Positions 24,301-36,797 of a stretch of 64,000 nucleotides of DNA are shown one piece after another. Source of the stretch: Vitrella brassicaformis CCMP3155 (lineage: Eukaryota; Protista; Chromerida); assembly GCA_001179505.1 (NCBI GenBank), contig CDMY01000274.1, positions 62,001 to 126,000 of the forward strand, in the 5' to 3' direction. Below the pieces are notes generated by a model. It was not told the DNA's origin, did no database searches, and worked only from the letters and a program-made list of their open reading frames with translations. The position numbers were made by a program, and so were the translations under genes. The number at the start of each line of letters is the position of its first letter. Position 1 is the first letter of the stretch.

Positions 24301-26339
24301 CTCTCTCTGTGTGTGTTTGCAGGTTGTTGGAGTGTTCGCTGCAGATCAAGCGTCGCCAGCTGGGCCGCAACCACCCTGAGGTGGGGTTTGCTTACCACGA
24401 CCTCGCGACGGTCATGGTGGCCAAGGGCGACTACCGCAAGGCCGAGTGCCTCTTCAAGAAGTCCCTGGCGCTGAAGCAGCAGGTGCTGCCCGAGTACCAC
24501 CTCAAGATCGCCGAGACCGTGCACAGGCTGGGGCTGCTCTACGAGACCCAGAAGAGATTCAGAGACGCCGTCCCGCTGTTCAGGTGAGCGAGCAGACAGA
24601 CAGCAGACACTGGCTGGCAGGCGGAGAGGGAGGTTTCTGGGCTCATCTGTGGTGTGTGTTCCGTCCCGTCTTGTGTGTGTTTCAGGCAGAGTCTTCGTGC
24701 CTACGAGATCGCAGGGGCGGCAGCGAACTTCGCCGACTCGGCTGCAGAGCTGGGTGCGACCCTGCTGCGGCTGCTGCCGACCCCCTCGTGTGGCGAGGAG
24801 GCGGACGGCCGCGTCCCGCTGGTTATCATCAACACCGTCACAAACGCCACCACGACCCATGACGAGCAGCACACGGAGCGACACACCCTGCTGGAGGAGG
24901 CCTCCCTGCTGCTGCAGAAGAGCCTCGAAGTGCGGGTGCGTGACCAGCCAGCCACACCACACCACACCACACACACAACGCATCGATCGTCCACAGCGCC
25001 ATTTCCTCGTTCGCTGTGTGTGTGTGTGTGTGTGTGTGATGTGCAGCGATCTCTGCGTAAGGACCCCCACCTGGCGCGCCACCCGAGCATCGGCTCCAAC
25101 GACGTCGACGACAGCCTGGTGCTCGCCGCCACGCAGCTCAACGTCGGCTGGATCCTCCTGGAGAAGCACCAGCCCAGAGTGGCCGAGGACTACATCCGCT
25201 CGGCACTCGAGCAGCTCGAGCAGCTCCGCGACTACATCCCCACCATCCTCCCGCCCGCGCCGTCGCCCGAGTTCGGCGCCAGCGCCATCGACCGTGGGAT
25301 GCCCACGCTCGACCTCCCGTCGACCTCGGACAAGGGCGGCGAGGCGGTGGGCGAGGAGATCGACCCGTCGTACTACGACCAGGTGGAGAGGGAGAGGATG
25401 CTGGCCCGAGAGGAGCTCCTCGGCAAGCTCAGGCAGTGCAAGGCCGAGCTCTGCCGTGGCTACTTCCTGCTGGGGCGGTGTCTCTACGAGCCCACCACAG
25501 CCGCAGCCACAACCACCACCGCCCCCAGCTACGCATTCGGCGAGCAGACGGAGGGTCAAACGTTGCCAGGATCCGACGAGTTCCACTGTGCGGGCGAGAT
25601 GCTGTTGGCGGTGTGCCGCGACAACTGTGAGGCGCGCGAGCGGCAGGTGGCGAGGCAGCGGTGCGAGAAGCAGAAGGTGCTGGGGTGGCAGGCCAAGCTG
25701 CAGGCGGTGTTTCTGATCCTCAAGAAGGAACAGGGCCTGGGCAGCATGGCCAAGCTGGGCCCTGTCGAGGAGGACGAGGACGACCATCACCTGGGGACTG
25801 CCGACGGCCTCGGGGGTGGCGGTGGTTTTGGCGGTGGGGGGCCGGCAGAGACTGATGGAGTGGCACCTTTACCGCTAGGTGGGTCACCCAACCAACAGCA
25901 CAGAACCAGTGAGCCCTCGTGTGTCTCATGGTGTGGTGTCTTGTGTGCAGTGTCTGAGGAGATCACTGTGTTGGGCCGGTTTCTCAACCACGACCTCCAC
26001 GCAGCCATCGCAGCCATCATGACGCCCCAACAGACCGACATCGACACCACCGGTGCGGCCACTCTCCAGCTGCCCCAGGCAGCAGCAGAAGCCGAGACAG
26101 AGCGGCCCTCGTCGATCCAAGCAGAGGGGCCGCCTTCTCGGCTGGCCGCTGCGGCCAATGCCGTGCTGTCGCCCTCCAGGGGCTCCTGCGTGCCGCAGTT
26201 TGGTTTGACTGGCCAGCCCACCCCCACACGCACACGGCACCCCGGTGGTGGTGTTGGTCGTGATGCCGTGTTGGTGCCCATGGGTGTGGAGCACCGGCAG
26301 AGCAGCATCGAGGAGGAGCCGGAGGCTGAGAAGGACTGA
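18339..26339 (+). CDS. NLR-like protein: SAM - CHAT (caspase-clan) protease - STAND/NB-ARC NTPase - winged helix - TPR repeats
   Basis: SAM: WTVDDTASWLGQNSLGLLADKFREHGISGDVLFEVTREDLAEMGITSVGDRRRLLRAI. CHAT: VLHFTGH, VVLSSCNS, AFLDAGAQHVVAV, FAYAFYHSLLVG. Walker A: GAPGIGKST. Walker B: LIVFDNAE. Also ILLTSR, CGHLPLALRVIG and YFVHTLIR. TPRs include ECSLQIKRRQLGRNHPEVGFAYHDLATVMVAKGDYRKAE. All junctions read as in-phase GT-AG. Confidence 0.9.
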
Positions 26340-27449
26340 TTGATGGACAGACGACAGAATGTAGTGTAGCTGGCTGCCCAATGAAGTGACGCCTGTCGTC
26401 TGCAGGAGTGCAGGAGAGCAGTGAAGTGTGGATGTGTGTGTGTGCGTGCGTGTGTGTGGTGGGGGTCTGGGTGGAGTGGAGAGGCCATGTTTCGTACTTA
26501 CACACGTGCCCCTAATTGTGTGCGGCAGTCAAGTGAGTGGGAGGGTGTGCACGCTTTCAGAGCGCTCGTGCGCCTTCTCATCGCTTGGCCTGGCTGCTGC
26601 AGTGAGTGCAGTGCGTTGTCTGTCCATTGTACGTGTGTGTATCTTCTTCCTTCCTGTGCCTTTCAAAGAAAGAACTTGAAGACGGAGCGTGTTTGTGTTG
26701 TGTTTGCAGGTAGGTAGGTAGGTGTAGCTTGAGCTTCATGCTGTGCGCTCGGTTGTTCGGTGGCGGCTGGGTGACGCCAGCCTCCCTCCCGTATGGACTG
26801 GGCTCTTTCTTTTCGGCTGGCTGACGGGCACACATGTTCCACAGGGAGGGGAGGAAGGCCACACGCTCACGGAGGTCATGTATGTGCCATGCAGCACATC
26901 CTTTACCCACTCGTCGACGTGTGAGTGTGAGTGTGAATGTGTCTGGGTGTGCTGTACGTTCATCGTGTGTACAGCGACCACATGGATGCCACACATTCAC
27001 ACGCATCCATCCATACATGAGTTGCTGCCTTGCGTGGTGGTGGCCCTCACAAAGTGACCGGCCTGCATGTGGGGGGTGGATGCATCAAAGCGTGTCGATC
27101 TCGTGTGTGTCTGCTGTGTGTTAACGCTCCCGTTCACTGTGTGAGTGTGCATGTGTGTATGTGATGTTGAGCAGACAGATGAGAGCAGTGGAGTTCTGCG
27201 TGTATGCGTATCATCTCTCTGTACGGACACGTGACTGGTTGGCCCGTCGCGATAATCACTACTTGTGACCAGCGGTACGGCCGCCTGCCCATATTAAAGA
27301 AAGAATCGAGACGGCCCCAAATCGGCCCACTCAATAAGCCCCACTTTCCTTCCGTTCGGACATCACCAAAGGCGTTTCAGGTCGGAACACACATCTCGCA
27401 GGCCCCGCCTGTCCTGTGCAGCCAGTGGCACCGCCGGTAGCCTTGAAGC

Positions 27450-27681
27450 ATGACCATGGCCCGCACCACATCCCTCATCGTCGCGGTGTCGCAGCTGAAG
27501 CCATCCTCGGCGCTTCTGTTGGCGCTGATTGTGTCGCTCGTCATCAGTCCGGGCCGGTGTGCGAACCCGAACATCACCCTGCTGGCCATCGACAGCTCTG
27601 ATGGAGACCTACAAAAGTGAGTAAGAGAAATACACAGCCATCCATACGTACCAGTAAGAGAATATAATCGATACGTACTTG

Positions 27682-27712
<31 letters not shown>

Positions 27713-29169
27713 AGTCGCATATGGCCGCTCATCGAGTCGGCATTGGCAGACCTCAACAATCGCACGGACGTCTTGCCGGGCCACCACCTGGTTCTCGAGC
27801 CCGTCAGGCCGGCCAAGTGCCAGATCGGTGAGGGAGGTGCACAGTGTGCTGCACGGAGGCAGACAACAGACAGAGACCCGACACAATTAGGGACACTTCA
27901 CTGAATGTCTGATGGATGGATGGATGGATGTGTCTGTGCCGATTGGTGACTGCAGATAACGTGGCCAACGCGGCAGTGGCGGCCTTCAAGAATGGGTGTG
28001 TGGGCTGGGCAGGGCAGGTGGTGACCTGCATTGCATGCCATCCATGTGTGGTCGGACGGACGTATCCGTTGTGCTGCTGTTGTGTTTTGGCATGTATGTA
28101 TGCAGCCCGACCAAGGTTGGCGTCATCGGCGACAACTGCCCGTACAAGACGATTCAAAGGATCGCTGCAGAATTATTGTGCTGTACGTCACTCACGTGCC
28201 TTTGTTTGTCCATTGATGCAGCGTGGGCTGTTCCGTCATCAGCCCGATAGCCCGAGCGCTCAATGTGCTCGTCAAGGTGACCTGAATGGATTATGGATGG
28301 ATACCCCTTTAATCCACCAGCCATCCAGGCATCCATTTGTCCCTTCTTCCCTTCTTGCTTTCAGAGCCCCTACTGCGCCGACACGACTGTCTACCCCTAC
28401 CTGACCAAGATGCCACCCGACGCAAACAGTGTAAGTGTAAGTGTAGTGTTGGTTTGTCGTGCATCGGTCGTTTGGTGTCCGTGCGTCACGCGTGTGTGTG
28501 TGTGTGTCAGAAAGTGGGTATCGTCAAGGGTATGGTCAGGACATTCGCGTGGACCAGGTTCTTCTGGCTCGTCCAGGTGGGCCGGCCGATGAATGAGTAG
28601 ACACACACACACACACACATCCATATGGGTCAATCCACGTATAATATGTGTCAGGAGGATCCCTTCATGCTAGAGCTGGCAGCCAGCGTCAAAGCCTCCC
28701 TGGTCGAGTATGACGACCACGACATGGGCACCTGGACGGTCAAGGTATCCACTGCTTGACTGCACCGCACCTAACGTGGTGGAAATCTCTTGCCGATGAC
28801 CTACCCTTGTGTGTCTCCTTCACGTATGCAGTCGCCATCGCAAGTCGACGGGCTGATAGACGAGCTGGTGCAGCAGCGGCCCCGCGTCATCATCACGGCG
28901 TGGTTCACCACACTGGGCTCCAACTTCAACTGCGCACTCGTCAGCCAGCCCAGCCAGCCAGCCCAGCCCCCATGAGACACAAGAGACATTATCGACATTC
29001 GCATGCGCACTGTGCCCAAATGTGTGCAGGCCAAGCGGGGTTATTTCGCCAACAACACCCGTGTGGTGCTCATCAGCCTACAGGCTCCCGGGGATGCCAC
29101 AGAGCAGACCGACTGCAGCCAAGCGCAGATCGACAGTGTGCGTCCGTGTCTCCTTGGCGCGCTGGCCTG

Positions 29170-29206
<37 letters not shown>

Positions 29207-32200
29207 CATTCTCCCTCTCTGTGTGTGTGTGCGGGTGTGCGGGTGTCTGCAGGTGATGCCCTTCTACCTGGACATCGATCCGGGTACCTGGCACTATGGG
29301 GGGCCGCCACACGCGGTCTCTAACAGGACTGCTCGAGAGGTGAGAAGAACTGTGCGTCTCTGTGTCTGTCTGTGTGTGTGCTGGTTGACAGCCAGTGTGG
29401 TGTGTGATGACGCCTGCAGGTGTACGACGAGTACGTGCTGTCGTGCATCACGGCTGGCTCCGCCCGCTGCGCCACACAGGCCTCGGCATTCTTCTACGAC
29501 ACCGTCTGGTGGGCATGGTTGCATCACAAACAGATACACATACACACAAAGAGAGACAGAGACAGAGACAGAGAGAGAATGTATGGTCACTCATCAGGGA
29601 GTGGGCGCGAGTTCTCGATGCATGGTTCCGGGACGGAGGCACACTGCAGCAGCTGGTCTGTTGCCACGTGTGGGCTCATGGATGGATGGATGGATGGAAG
29701 TGTGGATGTCGGGTGCAGGAGGAGCCGACGAACAGCACGTTGGAATGGCTGTGGCAAGAAAGCCTCAAGGCCGACTACTGGGGCGTGACCGGCTACGTGC
29801 GCTTCACACCTCGTACCGCCAGCAGGATCGGCAGCTACTTCATCGTCCAAACACAGGCAAGCAACTCACACGCCACTGAGGTCGCCTCGTCAGTCACGTC
29901 TCTCTGCGTGTGTCCCTTTTTATGTGTGTGTATGGGAAAAGGGCGCCACACGGGCGACGGTCAAGCTGGCAAAGTACACAGACGATGGCGGCCTCCAGTG
30001 GGACGCGAGCGCCCCCGTCGTGTGGCCCGGCCCGGAGGGCAGAGTCACCTACCCCGGCCGACCACGCACAAGGCGGCGGAAAGAGGTCAGCGGCATCAGT
30101 TCAATTCCGCCCGACTGCCCGGCCGGACGATACGTCAACACACTGGTACTCAGCCATCCATCCATCCATCCGTCCGTGAGACACATGTCTGTCTGTCTGT
30201 GTGTGTGTGTGTTTTGTGTGTTGTGTGTTGTGTGTTGTGTGTCTGTGTCTGTGGCTGTGGTTGTAGGGTCAGTGTGTGGAGTGTGATGTGGGGACGGTGA
30301 GCTCGGTCCCGAATCAGCTCAGCTGTGTGCCGTGCCGTGAGGGGTTCTTCCAGAACTCGACGGGGCAGACCGACTGTGACGTCTGCCAGGTCAGGCGGGC
30401 GGTGTCAGTCAGGTTGTCTTATCGATCCTGCTTAGTTAGCTGCTGCCCAAATGCTTCCTCGGTTGGCAGATGGGGCACTTCTCCGGCAGCCAGGCCGCCG
30501 AATGCACCCCCTGTAGGTCAGTGAGGAAGGAGACACACACACACAACACACACACACACACAGAGAGAGAGACACACATCGACACAATTCATCCATCCAT
30601 CCATTCATCCATCCATCCATCCATGTGTGTGTTGGGTGTGGTGTTGATCGTCAGCCCAGGGTCGTACCAGGACCTGCCTGGCCAATCGGAGTGCCAGTCC
30701 TGTCCCCCTGGCTCCTTCTCCCAGGCCGGGGGCGCCAGTGAGTGCGATCTGTGCCCCTACGGCACCTTCCAGTCGGCGGCCAACTCGACCCACTGCCTCT
30801 CCTGCCCCGTCAGCAAGACGACCCTCAGCAGGGGCGAGCGTCAGATGGGCAACTGCACCTGTGCGGAGGGGAGCTACCTGGACATCAGCAGCAACAGATG
30901 CACTTGTACGTGGGTAGGACAGCAGTCAGCCGACGACCGACAGCACAGCTAGCTGCCCATCATATCAGCCACACAGCTGTTCAGGCTGCCATGGATTGAT
31001 GTGTGTGTGTGTGTGTGTGTTGGGTGGCGCAGCATGTCACGGCCGCGAGGGCCTGCAATGTCCCGGCTCGCATTCGTATGACCTGCCATTGGTGGAGCGG
31101 GTGCGTCGCTTATCGACCGAGACAAACACAGAGCGGTGAACGGTCCATCCCCTTAATTGTTCGTGTGTGTGTGAACGCATCCGCTCAGAATTACTGGGCG
31201 GCCGAGGTGATTGACAAGTCGTCCTTCAGCGGCCTCGAGATATTCCGGTGCCTGGAGATCGACGCCTGCCCTGGTACGGCAACCCACCGACATAGTCAGT
31301 GGATTGCATGTGGTGCTGTTTGGCAGGTGGCAGCCCGGACCCCTTGCTGGCGGGTGTGATGCCCATGTGCGACGAAGGGCGAGAGGGCATCTCGTGCTCG
31401 TAGGCTGGCCGGACTGGACTGACAGCAGGGGGGCTGGGCACGAGAGAAGGAGAGAAGCACGCCCCTCTCTCTTGTCTGTGTGGACTGGACGTACGTGTGG
31501 GTGTGTAGGTTGTGTGTGGATGGGTACTACAAGACCAACAAGCAGTGCCGCAAGTGCGACAGCAGGCACGGCACGCCCCCCATGCTCATCACGGTGCTCC
31601 TGTTGCTGCTCGCGGGGGCGCTCTTCCACATACTCGTCAACGCACCACAGACCAGAAAGGTCGGAGATATACATAGGGCGAGGGAGGGAGAGGGAGTTTC
31701 TCTCTCTGTGTGTGTGTGTGTGCAGTTGGCAGTGACGCTGAACATTTCGCTCACGCTGGGGATGCTCGTCAACTTTATGCAGAACCTCACCGTCGTACGC
31801 ACACACAGAGACCATCAACAGAGAGACAGAGAGAGAGACAGAGAGAGAGACAATGGGTTAAGGTTGGCCGTGGTGTGTGTGGATGTGTGTGTGTGTGTGT
31901 GTATGTGTGTGCTGCACAGATCGGCACCTTTACCATTGCCTACCCGGAGTACGTCCACGTCCTCTTCGAGTTCACTTCTGTCTTCCGTACGTCACGCCAA
32001 CACACACACACACCACACACCTTTGGTGACACGTGTGTGCAGTGCTGGACATCCAGTGGATTCGTACGGGCTGCATCCTGGGCAATGCCCCGGTGTTCGA
32101 CTACGTCCTCAGGCAGATCTTCCCTCTCTTTCTGGTAGCCATCTTCCTCTCCCTGTGGGCCGTCTGCAAGGCTCTCAAACTCGCCGGAGTCATTCCTGGT

Positions 32201-33368
32201 CAGCCACGCCACACACAACCATCGCATAGACGGATGGATGGATGAATGGATGGATGGACGCAGTGCCCACCGTCGAGGAAGGCCCCAGCGGTGTCTACGT
32301 CGGCAAGCGCTCCTCCCTCACCCGCTTCATGTTTCGCATGGTCAACAGGGAGAACCTTCGCGACGCACTGTCGGAGTTCGCCGAGAGCCGCCGACGGCAG
32401 GGATACATTGCCGGCAGCACAAGGGGCGATGACAGAGAGAGTGTCCGGGGCAGTGTCCGGGACGACTCCACTGAGTGCCCTGATAGCCCTGTCAGCCCGT
32501 TCAAGCGAGACACTGGGTCCATCGAGGGCAGCACTTTGGCGATGGTAAGCGACCTGCTGCAGCACACAGAGGCCGATCAGCAACAGCAGCAGCAGCAGCA
32601 GCAGGGGGATGACATGACTGACCAGAAACAACAGTACCAGCCGGGCAAAGAGACGACGGGCTTTGACAAGGTAAGCCGAGAGAGAGAAGATGGGACGGGA
32701 GGGGAGGCGAAGCAAGATGGTTGGACTGTGTGTACCTCTCTGCTCACCATCAGCAGCAGCAGCAGCGTAAGCAGCTGAGGATCAGCCCTGCCGCGGCAGA
32801 CAACACCACCGACGGCACGGGTGGCGGCCCCAAGAAGTCTCCGAAAAGGGGCTTGACAAGGGCGGTGACGGCCATGAAGCTGCACGTCAAGGAAATGATC
32901 GAGTCCGACGTACGCAAGCATGATCCATGGCATACACGCGGCACCACCCACCTGTGTACAAACGCCTCTCTCTCTCTCTGTGTGTGTCCGTGTCTGGTAT
33001 GGTGCATGCAGATAACGAGTTTCGACAAGTTTCACAACAGCATCGGGCTGATGACACTCATCCTATACGTGTCATTCGTCAACAATGTCTGCAAAGCCTT
33101 CCAGGTGAAAAACTGACTGACGCCCATAGAACCTTCCACTACACAGTCACCAGATCGGTCAGCCCTTTGTGGCTGCGTATGTATGTGTGTGCAGTGCTAC
33201 ATCCACCCGAGCGGCCGTCGGACTCTGCTGGCGTACCCGAGTGTGCTGTGCGATAGCGACCAATGGCGACACGTCTTTCTTCCACTCGGCCTGCTGGGGC
33301 TCTGTGTCTATGTGGTTGGCCAGTCAGCTGGCACACTGAAAAGACAGCCGGCGGGAGGTGTCGAGATG

Positions 33369-33405
<37 letters not shown>

Positions 33406-35737
33406 TGGCTGTGGTTGTTGTGCAGATCGGTGTGTATGTGTTCTTTTCTTACACGTCCATCATGGCCCCATTTCGGTTCCACAGCGCGTCCTTCAGGACA
33501 CGATTCAGATTCCTCGTCTTTCGGTAGGTGAGCCCTTCCTTAGGCACCAACCACACACACACACACACACACAGCCGGCGGGTATGCACTCTCTTTCTCT
33601 GTCTCTTTCTGGTTGCAGGTTTCGGCCCGATGTGTACTGGTATGTATGTGTTTGCACGCAGGCCACTTCCGTGTCTCCTGCCTGATGCCCTGCGTGCGTG
33701 GTGTGTGTGTGGGTGTGGGTGTGGGTGTGGGTGTGGGTGTGTGCAGGTGGGGGGCGTTGCTGATGCTGAGGAATCTGCTCATCGCCACTGTCACCGCAAT
33801 GACGCCCAACGATGGACAGTCAGCCAGCGAGACACCACACCACACACAGAGAGACCTGTGTATTGGCGTGTTGGTGTCTTCGGTGCAGTGTCCAGGTTCT
33901 GGTGACGCTCACGATCCTGATCATCTCCATGGCCCTCCAGGCGAGCACTGCAACACCCACTCACACACACGCACTTTATTACGTGGATGTGTGTGACGTG
34001 CAGGCGTACTTCTGGCCGTGGTTCAGCACAGAGAACAACAGTGAGGCGGGGAGGGACGGAGGGAGAGAGGGAGGGAGGAAAGACACGGAGTGCCACTGTC
34101 TCATGCTACAGAGAGCCACTTGAATGATTCTCGTGCAAGTCCTACTCTCTGTATCTTGTGTCTGTAGTTCTGGACATTATGTTGCTGCTGGGGCTGGCCA
34201 TCATGTGTGTGGCCGGCAGCTACTTCATCGGACGCTCTGACGAAGTGGGCGAGTGGGAGACACAGAGAGAGAGGAGATCGAGCGCCTTCCGACGGACTGA
34301 TGGATGTCTGTCTGTCTGTGTGCTTTGCTTAGAATGAGGCGTTCTTTGCGGCCGTGTTGGTGCTGACCATCTTCCTGAGCGTCTTCTCTGTCGTCTTGTC
34401 GGTGGTGCTGCCCCTCCTCGTGGCCAGCCATCCGACACTCAAGGACCGCCACCACAGGAGAAACAAAAAACTCGCACTCGACATGAAAATCGTCAGTCAG
34501 GGACACACAGACAGACAGACAGACAGACAGACACACAGACAGACAGAGATGCACTCGTGAATTAAGGCTGTCTGTCTTACAACATGTGTGTGCTGCGCTA
34601 TATATAGCTGGGTTACTGCCTGTCCAACACGTCCCGGAAGGCTCTTGAGGCCGACATCGCCGCCATCCCAGCATCAGACAAGTCCAAGCTGCACAGCACC
34701 ATAGAAATGCTCAAGGTATGCAAGCATACCGGCAAGAGAGAGAGAGAGAGAGAGTGGCGTATCCATCTCACCATGGTGTGGATGCAGCTGGAGGTGGTTG
34801 AGCGGTCGGCATACATCAAGGCCCTCGAACACGTCTTCGGCAAAGGCGCGTGGGGCTGGGGATGGATGGATGGATGGTCCATGCAGTGCCTTCGTTCGTT
34901 GCATTGGAGTGTGCAGGCAGCGACACGATCCCCGAGGAAGAAATGCTCAAGGAGTTCGGCATCGGAATGCGATTTAGCAAGTAACTCGGTGTCTCCCTCC
35001 CTCCCTCCCTCCCTCCCTGTCTCCCTGTCTCCCTCCCCCCCTCCCTGTCTCCCTGTCTGTCTGTCTCCCTGTCTGTCTGTCTGCCTTCACCTGTGTTGCA
35101 ATGTCTGCAGGCGTCTGTCCGTCAAGGAGACTGCCTTGAGTGAGGAGCTCGTCGCATCAACCATACAGAACTTCATCCAAGAAAGGTAATCTCGGGTCGG
35201 CCCTACCAAAAAGCGACAACAGTTTGAGTGCATCCATGTCTGCAGGCGCAGCTCCTTGGCTGTGTGTCCCGACCCGCAGCGGCCGGGCACCCGCCGCAGC
35301 TCCCTGCAGCTGAGCATCCCGGAGCAGTACTCGGCTGAACAGCTCGAAGGCGGCGACCCCAACCAGCTCAGCCCACCGCAGGGTAGACGGACAAGCGGCT
35401 CCAGCATGAGCAGCCCGTCTGTGCGGCTGAGTGTGCCTCGCGACCACCAAGAGACAGAGAACGACGTGGCCACAGACAAGGACTTAAGGTAGGAGTCGGC
35501 TGCGTACCGTCTGTGGGCGTCGTAGCTGTCTGTCTGTCTGCCTGTCTGCCTGCCTGCCTGCCTGTCTGTGTGTGTGTGTGTAGGTTTGCTGCTGAGGGTG
35601 CGTTCTCCCACCCTCCGCCCTATGATAGTGGAGATGACGATGGTGCTGAGGTGGCTGCTGATGATGCACTTGTAGGGAAACGCAGTAGCTTCCCCGTCGT
35701 GAGCTGGACGGATGAGGACCTAGAAGGACAGAGATGA
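27450..35737 (+). CDS. Receptor-like protein: signal peptide, ANF-receptor/Venus-flytrap domain, Cys-rich GCC2/GCC3 (ephrin-receptor-like) repeats, multi-pass TM module
   Basis: Leader MTMARTTSLIVAV...LLLALIVSLVISPGRCA. Flytrap motifs ALADLNNRTDVLPGHHL, VGVIGDNCP, YPYLTKMPPD, FFYDTVW, YWGVTGYVRF. Repeats CPPGSFSQAGGASECDLCPYGTFQ. At least 7 hydrophobic segments, with LLAYPSVLC and FLVFRFRPDVYWWGALLMLRNLLI; stop at 35737. Confidence 0.85.
30517..30654 (+). repeat. Representative microsatellite-filled intron: (CA)n, (GA)n, (CCAT)n, then a GT-rich 3' tract
   Basis: Seen directly; similar compound microsatellites fill most introns in the window. Confidence 0.85.
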
Positions 35738-36373
35738 TTGACAGGCGACCGAGAGAGGCCGACAGGCAGACAGACAGACAGATAGACAGGGTCTTGGCTT
35801 GGGGTCTGTTTGAAGTGTCAGTGACGGTGGTGGGGTGGGGTGTAGGGAAGGGAAGGCTGCTTGCCCTGCTCAACATATATACATACATGTGAGAACACCC
35901 GCCAGCCGGCCATCCTGATGGATGGATGGATGCAGTCGTGTACGTCTTTCGGTGTCTCTGGGGATGGATGACGACCGATGCATCACAGACACACAGACAA
36001 GACACGAAGAAAGAATTCTGTCCGTCCGTCCGTCCCTTGTCCGTCTGTCTGTCTAGCATTCATTAGTCTGTCTGCACCCGCTCCGCCGATATACACACAC
36101 ACACACACCTGCGACGACACTGAAGGAATGCAATAATGCGACAATACACACACATACGCATACGCACACGCGACGCGCACCAACTAGTTAGGCAAAAGCG
36201 GTACGTGTGCATCCGTCGAAGCATCCACGGCACCACACCACACCAAAACGTACACACACAGCGCAGCCCACTGTGTGTGGGCAAGCCTGCTAATTGGCCA
36301 GCCGCCCCGCCCCCAATTCAGCCAGCCAGCCAGCCCACGTATACACGTACCTACGCACATACGCACAGACAGC

Positions 36374-36673
36374 NNNNNNNNNNNNNNNNNNNNNNNNNNN
36401 NNNNNNNNNNNNNNNNNNNNNNNNNNNNNNNNNNNNNNNNNNNNNNNNNNNNNNNNNNNNNNNNNNNNNNNNNNNNNNNNNNNNNNNNNNNNNNNNNNNN
36501 NNNNNNNNNNNNNNNNNNNNNNNNNNNNNNNNNNNNNNNNNNNNNNNNNNNNNNNNNNNNNNNNNNNNNNNNNNNNNNNNNNNNNNNNNNNNNNNNNNNN
36601 NNNNNNNNNNNNNNNNNNNNNNNNNNNNNNNNNNNNNNNNNNNNNNNNNNNNNNNNNNNNNNNNNNNNNNNNN
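36374..36673. other. Assembly gap (300 N)
   Basis: N run. Confidence 0.99.
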
Positions 36674-36797
36674 CCCCCCCCCGCGGGCACCCACCCACTC
36701 CACCAAGCGACCCAGCCCTTTTTAGGCTGATCCTGATCCGGCCAGGCCATCTGTGGACCTTGACATCCATCCATCCATCGGCCCATCAGCCCATCAC

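Noticed and set aside
24240-25790. 516-aa minus-strand ORF, and similar long antisense ORFs at 23259-24179, 21402-22355 and 45457-46413
   Set aside because: These are antisense shadows of GC3-rich plus-strand exons and carry no domain motifs.
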